A stretch of DNA of 64,000 nucleotides from the human T2T-CHM13v2.0 reference genome, Homo sapiens, in the NCBI RefSeq assembly GCF_009914755.1, contig NC_060929.1, one strand, 5' to 3'. The number at the start of each line of letters is the position of its first letter. Position 1 is the stretch's first letter. The position numbers were made by a program, and so were the translations under genes. The notes below the pieces were generated by a model. It did no database searches and had not been told where the DNA came from. It worked only from the letters and a program-made list of their open reading frames with translations. Shown piece by piece: positions 14,222-26,809 of the stretch.

Positions 14222-16125
14222 CTCATCAAAGTAAAAATAGAGGAGTTTCATCAGAAATCCTCAGAAGTTCACTACAGTTCATTATAAACACAAGAGAAGC
14301 AAACATGACCTACTTGGACTTACGTGGGGAGTATGTCCAAAGGCTCAGGTTGAGACCTCAGGCTGCTCTTCACTGACCCATTCAGGTCTACTCAAGAATA
14401 GCCTCAACCCCCATCAAAATCCCTCCCACTCCCAAGGTACTAAGGAAGTCCTCAACTGCCTCCTAGAATTGGAAGAAGATGGCCCTATTCTCCGTGTCAT
14501 CAGCCTGGACATTTATGGTGAAAAACTAGGAACTCTTATGGAAGGGTCCAGTTCATTCATCCCACAAACCTATTCCGTGCCGGGTACCCTGGGGAAAATT
14601 AAGGAAATACATGACAGAATAAAGAGAAACAATCCTTCCTTTCTCTTAACACAAACAAAAATCAACAAAATCCTTTCCTTGACCTCCCATCCCCTCCAGA
14701 TAACTCATCAATCCTCCATTTCCCTTCCCTGAAAAGCTTCTAGAGGAGATGCCCTAAGCAGCTGGTTCCATCTGACTTCGGCCAGTGCTCTTCCTCCTCT
14801 CCAGTTCCTCCTCTTCCCACAGACTGGCCCTGAGGAGCAGCTGTGGCCTCCATCTGCCCACTCAGTGGTCACATCTGTCCTTACCTTACCTGACCACTCA
14901 GTGGCACTGCCTGCCACTGGCCAGTCCCACATCTGGCTCATTGGTTGTTTCCCTTATGGGTGCAGGGCTGGCCCTGCCTTCTCAGTCCCTGCTTAGCTTC
15001 ATCATCACCTCCTGGCGGAGATCAATGCTAACTAGCAAATGCAGGAGCTTGCTGGGCTGTCTCTGCGCATCTGCTGTGTCTGCTCACCGTCACCTTCCTG
15101 GCATCTTACTGACTGCTCTGTTTATTATCTGCTGTCCCCACTAGAACGTAAGGTCCAGCAGGGCAGGTGATGCCTATGTGTTCACCAGTTTCCTTCCCAG
15201 TGTTTCAAATGAACTCCACAAATAGTAAAGATTCAGTAGATAGTAGCAACTTCATGAAAAAAAAAAAAAACTAACTGGTAAATATGTGGTAAATATGTAA
15301 CTAGGAATTGAGAGGTTCTTAGAAGAAAAAAAATGTATATTATTATCAGCAACAAAAACAGTAATCGTGATCCATGAGAAATGACAATTATACAGAACAC
15401 TGGACAAAGAATGGGGAGGGGCAGACTCCACCATGAGATGGCTCTGTATGGGAATCTGAAGGCAGGAAAGAGAAGGACAAGCCCACAGAGCTCAGCCAGG
15501 TCCCTACAGCTGGCCTCACACACCCAGAGCCGTCTGTGTAATGAACTGAGATGGAACATGCTTTCTACACTCTAGTTGCTTTGGAAACTGAAGAGACCTA
15601 ATTGTCATTTGTAATTTGAAAGTATCACTGCCTACATTTGCTGTAAATGTTCCATTATTTATGCCCCAAAACATATTCTTTGAACACTGCCATGTACCAC
15701 CATCCACGCAAATATTTTGCTGAAGGCACTGTTTTTGAACAAATGAGAAATAACCATGACAATCCCAAGATAATATTTCACCCAACAACATCTTCCAACA
15801 AAGCATACCTTTGTCTTAAATTATCCAAATTCAAATGGTCTTGCCAAGAAAAGACTTATTTTATGAATAGTTGAGGAATAATAGCAAAGAAACAAGCCAT
15901 TGTCTTTCCAATTAAAGTTATGACCAATATAGTGAAAATAGATTGAGATTTCCAAAAAGAGGGACAGAGGCTGAGGAAGATAAGTGAGCATCGCGGGTTT
16001 TGCTGGTTGCAAAAAGAGACATCAGGCGTAAAGCTTGAAATTGAAATTGAATGTTTAGAATCTAAATCTAAAACACAAAATCAGAAGATGGTAGAAAACC
16101 CCTCAGAGGGGGCCAGAGCTCCTAC

Positions 16126-16330
16126 CTGTGGCCAAATAGATGATGTGGACGAGCGCTTCTCTGCCCTGCACCACGTCGACTGCCACGTGGGAAAAGCGGC
16201 TATTGTCCTCCATGAAGGAGGGCACTGTGGTCACTGGCTGTACCACCTCATGCATCAGAATGAACTTCTGAGCATCCTGCAGATTTCTCTCGGTCAGGTT
16301 CACGTACAGGCCCTGGTCCACGGTGCCACA
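16126..16330 (-). CDS. SEMA5A: SEMA5A coding exon (probably exon 11), 205 nt, phase 0-1
   Basis: ccctttcag|TGTGGC...GCCACAG|gtagga; translates to CGTVDQGLYVNLTERNLQDAQKFILMHEVVQPV...HIIYLAT(D). The next exon was not found in 1-16125, so it lies outside the window. Confidence 0.98.
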
Positions 16331-17656
16331 CTGAAAGGGAAGACGGGCCAGGTTACCAGAGCCGGCAGCCTGGACACCCACAGCTGGCTGTGGCCACCCT
16401 AGCTGGAAAGTAACTTGGAAATCAAGTAAGCCACAATCCATCACTGAAGTATGCAAACATGTCTGCTTCTCCATCCTCCCTGCAGCCCCTATCCTTAGCA
16501 TCCTTTTCATGTTAGATTTGAACTCATATCTTGGGAGTCTCCCAACATCATCATAAATGAACTGATCAGAAGTTAAAAAAAAATTAAAGTGGGAGTGATT
16601 GCTAACTTTAAACAGCAGATGCATAGAAACTCCTCCTTTCCCGTCGAGTTACTTGAAAGCTGTCTGGTTAAACACATACTATTATATCTGCCTGACAAAT
16701 TAGGTAGCAAATTGAAAATGCAACAATCAAGGATCTCATATAGATGTATTAGTTTTTCTACTGCAGCAGGGGGTCTGTAAGCAAGGCATGGATTTCAAGC
16801 TGATAGCATTAGGTCATTCTCATCTGTAAGATCGAACAGCATTCACATGGGCTACAAAAATACTGTGCTGGCCTTACTGTTTTCTACTTGTATTTCCAAT
16901 TAGAAGAAATTATTAAAAAATGTTTAGAGTCCAGGAATATGGAAAAGAACATGGCAAATTTATAAGAAGAACAGGAGATGAGGAGGTAAGGGAAATGGGG
17001 AAGGAAAGGAGAGGAGTGGGGAGAAGAGAGTAGAAAGGAATAAAGAAGGAAGAAGGAAGGAAAGAGATTTCAGATAGAGCAAATATCATGGAGATGAACC
17101 TGGGATATGCAAGGGGAAATTCAGCCCTGTACAATGCTGGGAAATAAATTCAGAGCTGTGTTGTGGGGAGGCTGGCAGATGTTATATAAGACTGTTTCTG
17201 GCAAGGATGAGGTAAAAAGAGGGATAGAAAGGAAAGCACTGCTTTCTTAGAGCCAAGCTCAGAATCAGAAACTACTACCAATCCTTCTCATGTCTTTCAT
17301 AAACTTTAATTCCTGGTACATATGGTGACTGATCCCCAGTAGAACTTCACATAAGTAGGTTTGATGGAAAAGACTTTCCAGGCCCATACCACCTGAAACT
17401 ACCGTTTATAACATGTCATGTCTAATACGTGGTTTTATAACAGGTGAGAGGTGCAAACGTATAAGATGGAAATTGCTTTTTGAAAAGTAGATGATATTTG
17501 TATAGCATTTGATAAAATGCTCCATAAGCCATAAAATGATGGGATGATTGTAGAAGAAGAGAATCTGAGAGTTAAACGGATTTCATGCATCCAGTCCAAG
17601 GCTTAATTTACTATCACACCCTTGCAGGGGCACCCCAAGTTCCACAGGCAAGGACT

Positions 17657-17987
17657 GTGTGAGTTTAGGTGAAGGGCTCAGCCCTGCCATGACCCAAGTG
17701 TGAATTTAGGTGAAGGGCTCAGCCCTGCCATGACCCAAGTGTGAGTTTAGGTGAAGGGCTCAGCCCTGCCATGACCCATGTGTGAGTTTAGGTGAAGGGC
17801 TCAGCCCTGCCATGACCCATGTGTGAGTTTAGGTGAAGGGCTCAGCCCTGCCATGACCCATGTGTGAGTTTAGGTGAAGGGCTCAGCCCTGCCATGACCC
17901 ATGTGTGAGTTTAGGTGAAGGGCTCAGCCCTGCCATGACCCATGTGTGAGTTTAGGTGAAGGGCTCAGCCCTGCCATGACCCAAGTG
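17657..17987. repeat. Minisatellite/VNTR, 41-bp unit x 8
   Basis: Unit gtgtgagtttaggtgaagggctcagccctgccatgaccca(a/t) starts at 17657, 17698, 17739, 17780, 17821, 17862, 17903 and 17944; only two variable positions. Confidence 0.99.
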
Positions 17988-19432
17988 CTACTCTGGCTCC
18001 GTGGCTCTCAAGCCACATGGAATCAGGTGAGTGGCAGCTGTCCTGCCACATGGTCTGAGGTGAGGTCTCGCCTCTCAGTCTCTGTCTCTTTACCTGTCCG
18101 GTGGCTAGGAAAATAGTTACCCTGCTCATTTCTCAGGGCTACTGTGAGACCAGCTGAGATAATCCGTGGAAAGCATTTGTAAATTAACTGAAAGTCCTTA
18201 TAAATGCCAAAGAACAAGACAATGTGCCTGGCACTAAAGAGAAGCCATTCAACTAATGGTGAATGGTAAATGCATTGGTCTTGGAGCAGGACAGCAATTC
18301 TATGGTCTGTTGAGCTTCAGTGGCCAGAGGGAAATGAGTGAATAAACAAAGAAGGGAAGGAAACAATGAGTGAATACACAAGTAGTTGTAATTGAGGGGG
18401 GAGGGGATGTGCTAGGAAAGTTTATATAATTACAGTATTAAATAGTAACATTTGGAGGTCAGAGACAAGTCCTTACCTGTCAACACATGTTTTAAAAAAT
18501 GAAAAAGAGCTCTACTAGGCTTGATCTAATGTCTACGCAGAAAGGTTCTAGTTCTGAGCATGATGTTACGTGTGGTGGTTTACATTCCTGAAATCAGTGG
18601 TGATACCCAAGTCACGGCGGCAGTTAGCTGCCTACCTGCTGGGTGAAGTTTGCACACAGGTCTTGTTTTGTAAGCATAGTGTTTAAAAAAAAATTGGTAT
18701 CATGAAAACCGGATGGCATAATATACAAATAAGAATCTCTTGCTGTTCTTAAGGAACCCAGAAAAATTGGACACCTAACAGGGAGTTCTCGGTGGCAGGG
18801 GTGAGGCAGGATCACTCGCTACGCCTTGTCATCTTTATTTATATATCGCCTGTATCAATCTTATTTATGACTGCCAGAATTGCCAAGAATTGGTTTTGAG
18901 GTATACTCTACTACTTCTTGGTTTATTTTGCTGGCTATAATATTCCACCCAGTGCTTCTATTTCAAATAGTTGGAAGAGTATTCAGAGTTATAGAATCTA
19001 TGTATTGGATCATAAGCAACCCACTTAGCTCTCTAATACCTGAAAATTTTCTAGCTTTGCCTTTTATGCTGGACTCCCGCTGTGTCCGTGTGGGGCACTG
19101 TGTGACTCCCTGGGTTCACCATGCAAGAAGAAAACAATAAAAATAGTAAAAGCACAGCCATTGCTCTCATGTGCCCTACAATCCACAACAGTTTTCATGC
19201 CAACATCTCTTCAAGTAATTCAGTCAGTAATTCTACAATTTTTTTAAATGATAATAAATATTTGCACTTTTGTTTATTTACTTGTTTCTAGGACAACAAA
19301 TCCATTCTTGTTCCAGCACACTAGTGCATGGTGGTCAAGCCCACAATCACCTAACCTCCTGCAGGAGTGCCCAATTTTAATGGTCCCTTTGTTCACTTAC
19401 TCCCTTGCATCTTGCTGCAAACATGCTTGGCA

Positions 19433-19735
19433 GGCCGGGGGCGGTGGCTCACATCTGTAATCCTAGCACTTTGAGAGGCCGAGACAAGTGGATCACAAGG
19501 TCAGGAGTTCAACACCAGCCTGGTCAAGATGGTGAAACCTCGTCTGTACTAAAAATACAAAAAAATGCCTGGCGTGGTGGTGGGCACCTGTAATCCCAGA
19601 TACTTGGGAGGCTGAGGCAGACAATTGCTTGAACCCAGGAGGTAGAGGTTCCAGTGAGCTGAGATCGTACCACTGTACACCAGCCTGGGCAACAGAGCAA
19701 GACTCTGTCTCAAAAACAAAACAAAACAAAACAAA
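19433..19735 (+). mobile_element. AluS-type SINE with (CAAAA)n tail
   Basis: ggccgggggcggtggctcac...gactctgtctcaaaaacaaaacaaaac; decayed TSD aaacatgcttggca / aaatctgctttgca. Confidence 0.95.
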
Positions 19736-20989
19736 TCTGCTTTGCATATCAAAGGGTCCTGATGGACAGGATCAGATCTACGCACTTGCTCCTCCAACAA
19801 CTGCCTCCTCATCCACTTAACTACATTTGAGGGTCTATTTGTCCATTTCAACTCCATCCTTTCAGAGTGACAGTAATCAAAGCTGCACAGAAAATTCTGG
19901 AGTCTGTCACAGCTCAGCTGTGCCACTGGGCCTCGGTGATGTTTTATATCAGTGATTGCCGCGTGTCTTACTGAGGGTCAGGGTCTGGATGACTTTGAGG
20001 ACTGCAGCCTCTAACAGGGCAGGGCTCTGAAGCACCGCCTAGAGTGGTTTATATATTTTGTCCGAAAAAAATGATACTTTTTGTTGCTTTGTTACTGTTT
20101 TGAGATTTCTATATTAAATGTTGAAATATCATGCACCATCTCTCCTAACCCATTCTTCTTCCTGAATCCAATTCTGCTTTCTGCTTCTCTGATTAATTAG
20201 CTACTTCTAGTATGTAAGTACTGCACAAAATCCTAAATGTCAGTAGGAAAAACAAGAATTTAAAAAATCTAACCACTTTCCATTGTTGGTTATTGCAAAC
20301 ATAAGGCCTCTTATACATGTCTGGGGAGGGATTGTTAGTTCAAATTGAATTCCCACTCTATGCCAGTCTGGATGGTTTCATGAATGTCTGTGAGGATACT
20401 TTGCCAGTGTGGTTATCAAATAGAGTAAACATAAAGAAAACACTTGCTGTGTACTTGTACTAGGAGTTATACAAAGAATCACCATAATCTGTAACTTGAG
20501 TTCCATTGGAGTCTTAAATAATACTCAGAGAAGAACAGCTCAGGAATGCAAGCTTCCTGCCTGAAACGCATGCCAATTTCTGCATGCTTCATTCATTATG
20601 CTACATGGACTGGCTTCCATCCCATAATGAGAGTAAGCCATTCAGTGTGACACTGGCATTATAAAACCAGACGCTCCTGGCCTTAGGAAATGGGATTTGC
20701 TGTGTGCTGCAAAGGTATCCTGATGAACGGGCTACAAGTTATCCACTGCCTGGAGGTGGTAAGGGGCTATGAAGTTTACTAAGCCACGCTGTTCACAGTA
20801 AGGCCTTTTGCAATAAAAACATCACTGTATGGAAAATACAGTAAGCATTATTAATTATTTAACCTTCAGGATTTTATTATACAAAGGACTTTCTTAAAAG
20901 GAGCATTTCCTGTATTCAAGAGGAGAAAATGAGACAAAATATGCATTTACACAACATTTGATATGTAGAAGGCACCAAATAAATGATTC

Positions 20990-21286
20990 TTTTTTGATTT
21001 TTAGAGACAGGGTCTTGCTCTGTCACGCAGACTGGAGTGCAGTGGATGGATTATAGCTCACTGATTGAACTCCTGGGCTCAAGCAGTCCTCCATCTCAGA
21101 CTCCCAAATAGCTAGGACTATAGATGCATGACACCGTGCCTGGCTAATTTTTTTTATTATTATTTTTGTAGAGACAGGGTCTCACTCTGTTACCCAGGCT
21201 TGTCTCGAAATCCTGGCCTCAGGAGATCCTCCTGCCTTGGCCTCACAAAGCACTGTGATTATAGGCATGAGCCTCTGGGTCCAGCC
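20990..21286 (-). mobile_element. AluJ-type SINE
   Basis: gagacagggtcttgctctgtcac...ctcctgggctcaagcagtcctcc...gagcctctgggtccagcc. Confidence 0.9.
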
Positions 21287-21714
21287 CTTAAGAGTTATAT
21301 TTATCAAATATTTTATACAGTAAACAATGCACATTATTCAGTGTTATCAAAATTTACTCCTAAACTATTTGCATGCATTTTTATCCCTTTCCCCCTTTGT
21401 TGATGGAAATATGCAATAAAGATGCATAATAGATAGATGTGTGATAAAAATGCACATAATTTGCTCAAGGAAAGCAGCACATGGAAAGATGACATGTAAG
21501 CCAGCCATCTTATTTTTAATCTCATGCTCCTTCAAAAGCTTAAAGACAACAACAAACACAAAACTCTTTCAAAACAATCATAATTGAATGGTCCTTGCAA
21601 AAATCAAAGTAAAGTATAAAATCACTGAACCTTTCCATACTCCCAGTTTTGGGAGTCCCAGATACAGGACCCACTTCTACCACTGATTAATAATAGTAAC
21701 TAATGGCCATTTAG

Positions 21715-21920
21715 TTGGAATAGGCTAGGATTTTGCATCTGAGGACCGAGGTTGGAATCCTCACTTGGCTACTTATCAGCTGTGTGGCCCTGGCCAGGTG
21801 ATCTGCCCCAGGCCCACTGTCTTTCCCTGCACATGGAGAAGGCATTACCCACCATAGCACTGCCACCAGTGTGCAAGCTGATCTATCTGAAGCATCTAGC
21901 ACAGGGTCTGGGACTTGCTG
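21715..21920 (+). mobile_element. MIR fragment
   Basis: gaatcctcacttggctacttatcagctgtgtggccctggccagg resembles the MIR core; heavily diverged. Confidence 0.5.
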
Positions 21921-21997
21921 GTGCTAAAAATGACAGCTGTGATAATGATGATGATGATCTTAAGAAAGCTGTCAGAAGGCCCTCCAGGGAAGCCTGC

Positions 21998-22361
21998 TGC
22001 TATGGACCCAATGTCTGTAAGCCACCCAAATTCCTACCCTCCAGTGTGGCTGTATATGGAGATGGGGTCTTAATGGTAGTAAATGAGGGTAAGTGAGGTC
22101 ATAAGGGTGGGGCCCTGGTCCAGTGGAGCTGGTGCCCTTACAAAACAGGAAGAGATACCCCAAAGGTGTCTCTCCACCATGTGAAAATGCAGCAAGATGT
22201 CCACCTGCAAGCCAGGAAGAGAGAGCCCTCACCTGAAAATGGCCCTGCTCACGCTTTTGTCTTGAAGGTCTAGCTTCTAAAACTGTAAGAAAATAAATGC
22301 CTCTTTTTTAAGCTACCCAGTCGGTGGTGTTTTCTTACGGTAGTCCAAACTGACTAATACA
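21998..22361 (+). mobile_element. MaLR solo LTR (MLT1A/MSTD-like)
   Basis: TG...CA termini (tgctatgg...gactaataca), perfect 5-bp TSD cctgc at 21993-21997 and 22362-22366, AATAAA at 22292. Confidence 0.92.
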
Positions 22362-22982
22362 CCTGCCAACTCACCAAACATGAGTAAATTGCTTCATCTC
22401 TTTGGGTCCCAGCTTCTTCTGAACACTGGGAGATGGATGACTCACAAAGCCCTGGAAGCTTGAACCTCCTGCAGTTTTGTGATAACAGATGAAGGGCCTC
22501 CACCTCCTCTTCTTTCCTCAGCTGCCTGCATCACATTCTGTCCTTCCCAACAGGGAATCCCACCACATTTGCCAATTAGCGCTCTAATCCTGTTTGTGTG
22601 TCTCTGCTGCTCTGTGCCCTGGACCCCATTCATTAGAATGTCATTCATTAGGGATCAGAGATTCTGAGGACACAGAGCCCAGCATCATTAGTACTAATTG
22701 AAGCCTGGATTCCTAACCTGCTGCAGAATGCTGGCCTTTTTCCGCCCAGTCTCAGGCATCACAGCTGACAAAAGGCCCTTTCTGGGTCCAGGCGCCACAG
22801 TTCACAAAAGGCCTTGGTCTATTGACATTAGCCAGCAGAGTATGGGGCTGTCCATGAGGGGCCAGGGAGACAGCTGCATGGTGCATGCACCCGCGGTTTA
22901 AATTACCCTTGCCTGTCTACACAAGGCTTCTGCATTCTTCATGGGGGATGCCAACAGTGCCCCTTTGCCCCCCGAAAATTAC

Positions 22983-23118
22983 CTGGAAGTGGGGGTTTGG
23001 GTTGGGATACGGTAGCCAGGCCGAGCGCGAGTTTTCTTGGTACTTGAAGGGCCCAGAGAAGGCCTGCGCGATGGCGCTCAGGTTGAAGACGCACACAGCT
23101 GAGGCCGCAATGCTGTTC
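22983..23118 (-). CDS. SEMA5A: SEMA5A coding exon (probably exon 10), 136 nt, phase 2-0
   Basis: ctcccag|GAACAGCATT...TTCCAG|gtaatt; translates to (V)NSIAASAVCVFNLSAIAQAFSGPFKYQENSRSAWLPYPNPNPHFQ, with the SAVC motif. The ORF track does not show this frame. Confidence 0.97.
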
Positions 23119-23538
23119 CTGGGAGCGGAGGGAGAGAGAGAAGGCAGTCAGAGAGCTCGGCAGCACCTGCTGACCTCCCCCTATGGACTGGGCAGCAGCT
23201 GTGACCTACAGCTTCCAGAGGTCTCAAGACCACAGTCTCTTAAAGATCCCAAAAGGATGAAGTCAGAGCGTGAATGGGGCTCCCCTGTGGAGGAACAAAC
23301 ATCTTGGTACAGAAACCAGGCTAGTTAGCATTTAACACCTTGTAATCCTGTCAGCCAGGATTAATTCACTCAGTTGCAACAGGGGCAAGAGGGAATTTGA
23401 AGAGCTAGCTATCTGCTTCACCTTTCAAATTCTGGAATAAAAAGACTTCCTTCTCCAACGGATGGCGTCTCTCATCAGCCTCATGCAGTTCCCTTCCTGA
23501 CCTGTTTATCTGGTCACTTTGCCCAGCAGCAGGGAAAG

Positions 23539-23544
<6 letters not shown>

Positions 23545-23596
<52 letters not shown>
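23545..23596. repeat. (GT)26 microsatellite
   Basis: Uninterrupted dinucleotide run of 52 nt. Confidence 0.99.
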
Positions 23597-23599
<3 letters not shown>

Positions 23600-24709
23600 T
23601 TAACCCAGATATTTGTTTTATTTGTCATCCTTTAAAAAAATCAACTCAAAGTATTTTATAAAAAGTGACTGTCTGACTCTTCATATTTTCTTTTAATGTA
23701 AAGTAGATTTTAAATTCAAAGGGTCAAAGAGAAAAATTTGACATAGCACTGACATATGAAATCCTGAAGCCATAATTTAGAATTCAGGCTCTGAGAGAAA
23801 GTCATAAATGGGAGCCCTCAGAAGGTCAGTGCCCTCTGACTAAGTATGGAAACAGCAACATTATTTGGTTAAGTAAATTTGCATTTTGAGCTCAGTCCGG
23901 GTTCTCAAAGGGGAAGTGGAGATAAAACAAGAAAGCTTACATATATTTTCTCTTGCTCTGAGACAATACCACAAGCATTTCTCATCAATTTTCTTTTCCT
24001 GCATCAAAGGAAAGGTCAAACTCCAAAACTGAAATACCTACCTTATATTTCTTTGATTTGATAAATACTGAATAGGAACTAGGCTCTATTCCAAGGACTT
24101 TACTAATTCCCATTCATTTAATCCTCATAAGGTGAAGGAAATTCACAGGTAAGGAAAACCAGGCACAACGAGGACAAGACCCTTCCCCAATGTCAGCCAG
24201 CTACTAAATGGGGAAGCTGGACTTGAACCTAAGGCTGGCTCCAAATGCCCGGATTTTCCCCAGTATGGCTCCAAATGCCAGGATTTCCAATCCTTTGCAA
24301 TATCTGTGGGTGAAGTAGACAGGATTCTACTTCAGGAGAGCAGACAGTAAACACATCCTTATGGAAAAGTAGGGCCTTGAGGGTATTGTGGGCCTTCTGC
24401 ATTTTCTCCAGAAGTCCAGCACCAAGGACAAGGCTCAGCATGATGCATACAGGGCCTGGCGCTGGAAAATAAAGGGGCGAACACCAGCTATGGGTTTGTT
24501 CACTTTGCTCTTTTGACTCTTCATTATCCTTAGAGAGAATGGGAGAAGTTAAAACACAAGTACAGGGAAGAAACTGGCCTTTGAACATGTGAGTGGACTT
24601 TAATAAGGACAAGAAAATAAGTGTGCTGGAGTAAGAATGGCTAGACACAGGATATCCCATCCAGGCATGCCTTGGGCCAGGTGCAGAGGCAGGCAAATGG
24701 GGGATATTA

Positions 24710-24910
24710 CGAATAATAACAATATTTCCCTGAGCCCCCTGCTAAGCACTTGATACAGATCATCTAATTTCTCACTGAGAACCTACAGATCCTGAGAAGA
24801 CCCTGACTTACAGGTAAGAAAACAGTAGCACAGAGAGTTTACGCAGCCCAAGTCACAGGCTGCAGAGAAATAAAGCAGGATTTGTACCTGCTTTGCATGG
24901 GGCCCCAGGT
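24710..24910 (-). mobile_element. MIR fragment
   Basis: ttacaggtaagaaaacagtagcacagagagtttacgcagcccaagtcacag matches the reversed MIR core. Confidence 0.55.
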
Positions 24911-26693
24911 TTCCAGGCAGCTTCCAGGTAAAGGAAGAACCTAATCTTCTTCCTGCTGGCATAATGTTTCTCTGTTCACTACAACCACCAGGACTGAATG
25001 GGCTGACCTGGGCTCTGGTGTCACCCAGAGACTCCCCTGGATGTCCCAGTAGCTGCCAGTCTGAGCATCCTTTAATAGTGTTGTGGGAACACTTCTTCCT
25101 GTCCCCTGTGCCATCCCCTGGGGAGCACAATTGGTATAGTATAGCCCATGCCTGCCCCTCTACCCTTTCACTTGCTGTGCTCTGGGGGCAAAGGACGGGC
25201 CTGTGTGACTCCACTGTGCTCCTCCCTCTGCCCTCCCCGCTCTTCCTAGGATGGGATTGTCTACAGGAAGTACATATTCACTCGCTTCTTCAGGGTCTCC
25301 AGACCTGTGGGCAGGCGAGGGCAGCCCAGGTCTAGAACATGACCTTGAGAATGAGAAGGCTTAAAGCTGGAATCAGTATGAACAAGCTCACTTGGACAAC
25401 AGACCTGCAGCCACCTGTTCCAATCTGGCTTCTATCAGCAATCAAGGTAATAACTTACAAGAGCAATAAAAAAATCCTACCCCCCACCGCAACTTTACTA
25501 TCTTTATATCCATATCTATACATAGTAATACTTTACTACAATCTCTACAGTTTACTATCTACACTATAAACAACTACAATGGTAAGCCACCATTTTTAGA
25601 TACCTAGAAATAAAGCCAAATCTTTAGAGACTCCATTGTAGTAGCACACCATTTTCTGCAGGCCAACCCATGCTCAAGTGACTGAGAAAACTACACAGTC
25701 GTGCTAGGAACAGAAGGAGTCGGAATGGTTATCTTTTCCCCATTCCCCTAGTGCTGAGAAACCTTGACGAATGTACAGAGGCAAAGCAACATTCTGAGCC
25801 CTGAAGCTCAGCCCAGTATCGGACAGCTTTCTGATTCATAAGACCTCTGATCCTCCTTTTCTTTCCGTTTGAAAAAAACCTTGTCTGAGACATGAAAAGG
25901 AGGTGGAAAATATTGTGAAATTTGAGTTGGGCATATTAGAAATGCATTCTCAAGACCCAACACAAATTAGTATTCCAGGGAGAAAGGGGAGATGTAGCAC
26001 TTCTATCTCTAAAAGTATAGATTCCGTACATTGGGTGACTTCTGACATGATGGGAATTTGCAACACTAAACAAATAGTCTAGAGTAGTCTGAAACTTATT
26101 TTTGCAACTATCTAAATTGACCATACACCATCTTGCAATATTCCAGGCATGGTACTTTTATAACTTCTGAAATTGGTGTTTTGTTTTGTTTTGCCCAGAG
26201 CCAGGGGAATGAAGAGCTAAGTAAACCAGACTCTCCTTGTGCATAAAACTGATGTCAACTGAGCAAATGCACATTTATCTTGGGTGTGACTACACTAGTT
26301 TTTAAACAAGGTTTTGGAAAGAAAATCAACTTCAGAAACTGTAAATTGATTTTTTAAAGTAACTTATCAAAGAGAAGAAATAATCTCTGGGTTGAAGACC
26401 AGATTTATGAAAATAAAGATGGCCATGGTGGAGCAAGGATATGTGTGGAGCCATCCATACTAGCCTTATTTTTCTAACCTCATGTCAGAAAGAAGACTCT
26501 TCATGGGGGGTAAAAGTTGTTATTAAGCAAATACTAACACAAGTTAAGCAGTGGAGAGACCAGGAAGAGAAGGTTAATGAGGAAATAAGCTGCAGGTAAA
26601 GGGACTTTTTAGAAATACCACTCATGGGCAGGCATCTGATGCCCAAGAGATGAAAAAGTAAATTAAAATACTTAGGAAGCAGAAAGGACATCA

Positions 26694-26809
26694 TAGGGTG
26701 ACCAGTTGTCCTGGTTCACCCAGGAAAAAGAGGTTTCCTTAGTTACAGGGCTGTCATCAATGCTAAAACTGGGATAATCTCAGGCAATTCAGGACTGTTG
26801 GTCATCCTA
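26694..26809. mobile_element. Small hAT-Tip100 MITE (MER96-like)
   Basis: Terminal inverted repeats tagggtgacca...tggtcatccta with internal gtcctgg/caggac motifs; about 116 bp. Confidence 0.7.

Noticed and set aside
17657-17987. CRISPR-like array (regular repeats with an internal palindrome)
   Set aside because: The units are contiguous with no unique spacers, there are no cas genes, and the context is a primate intron. It is a minisatellite.
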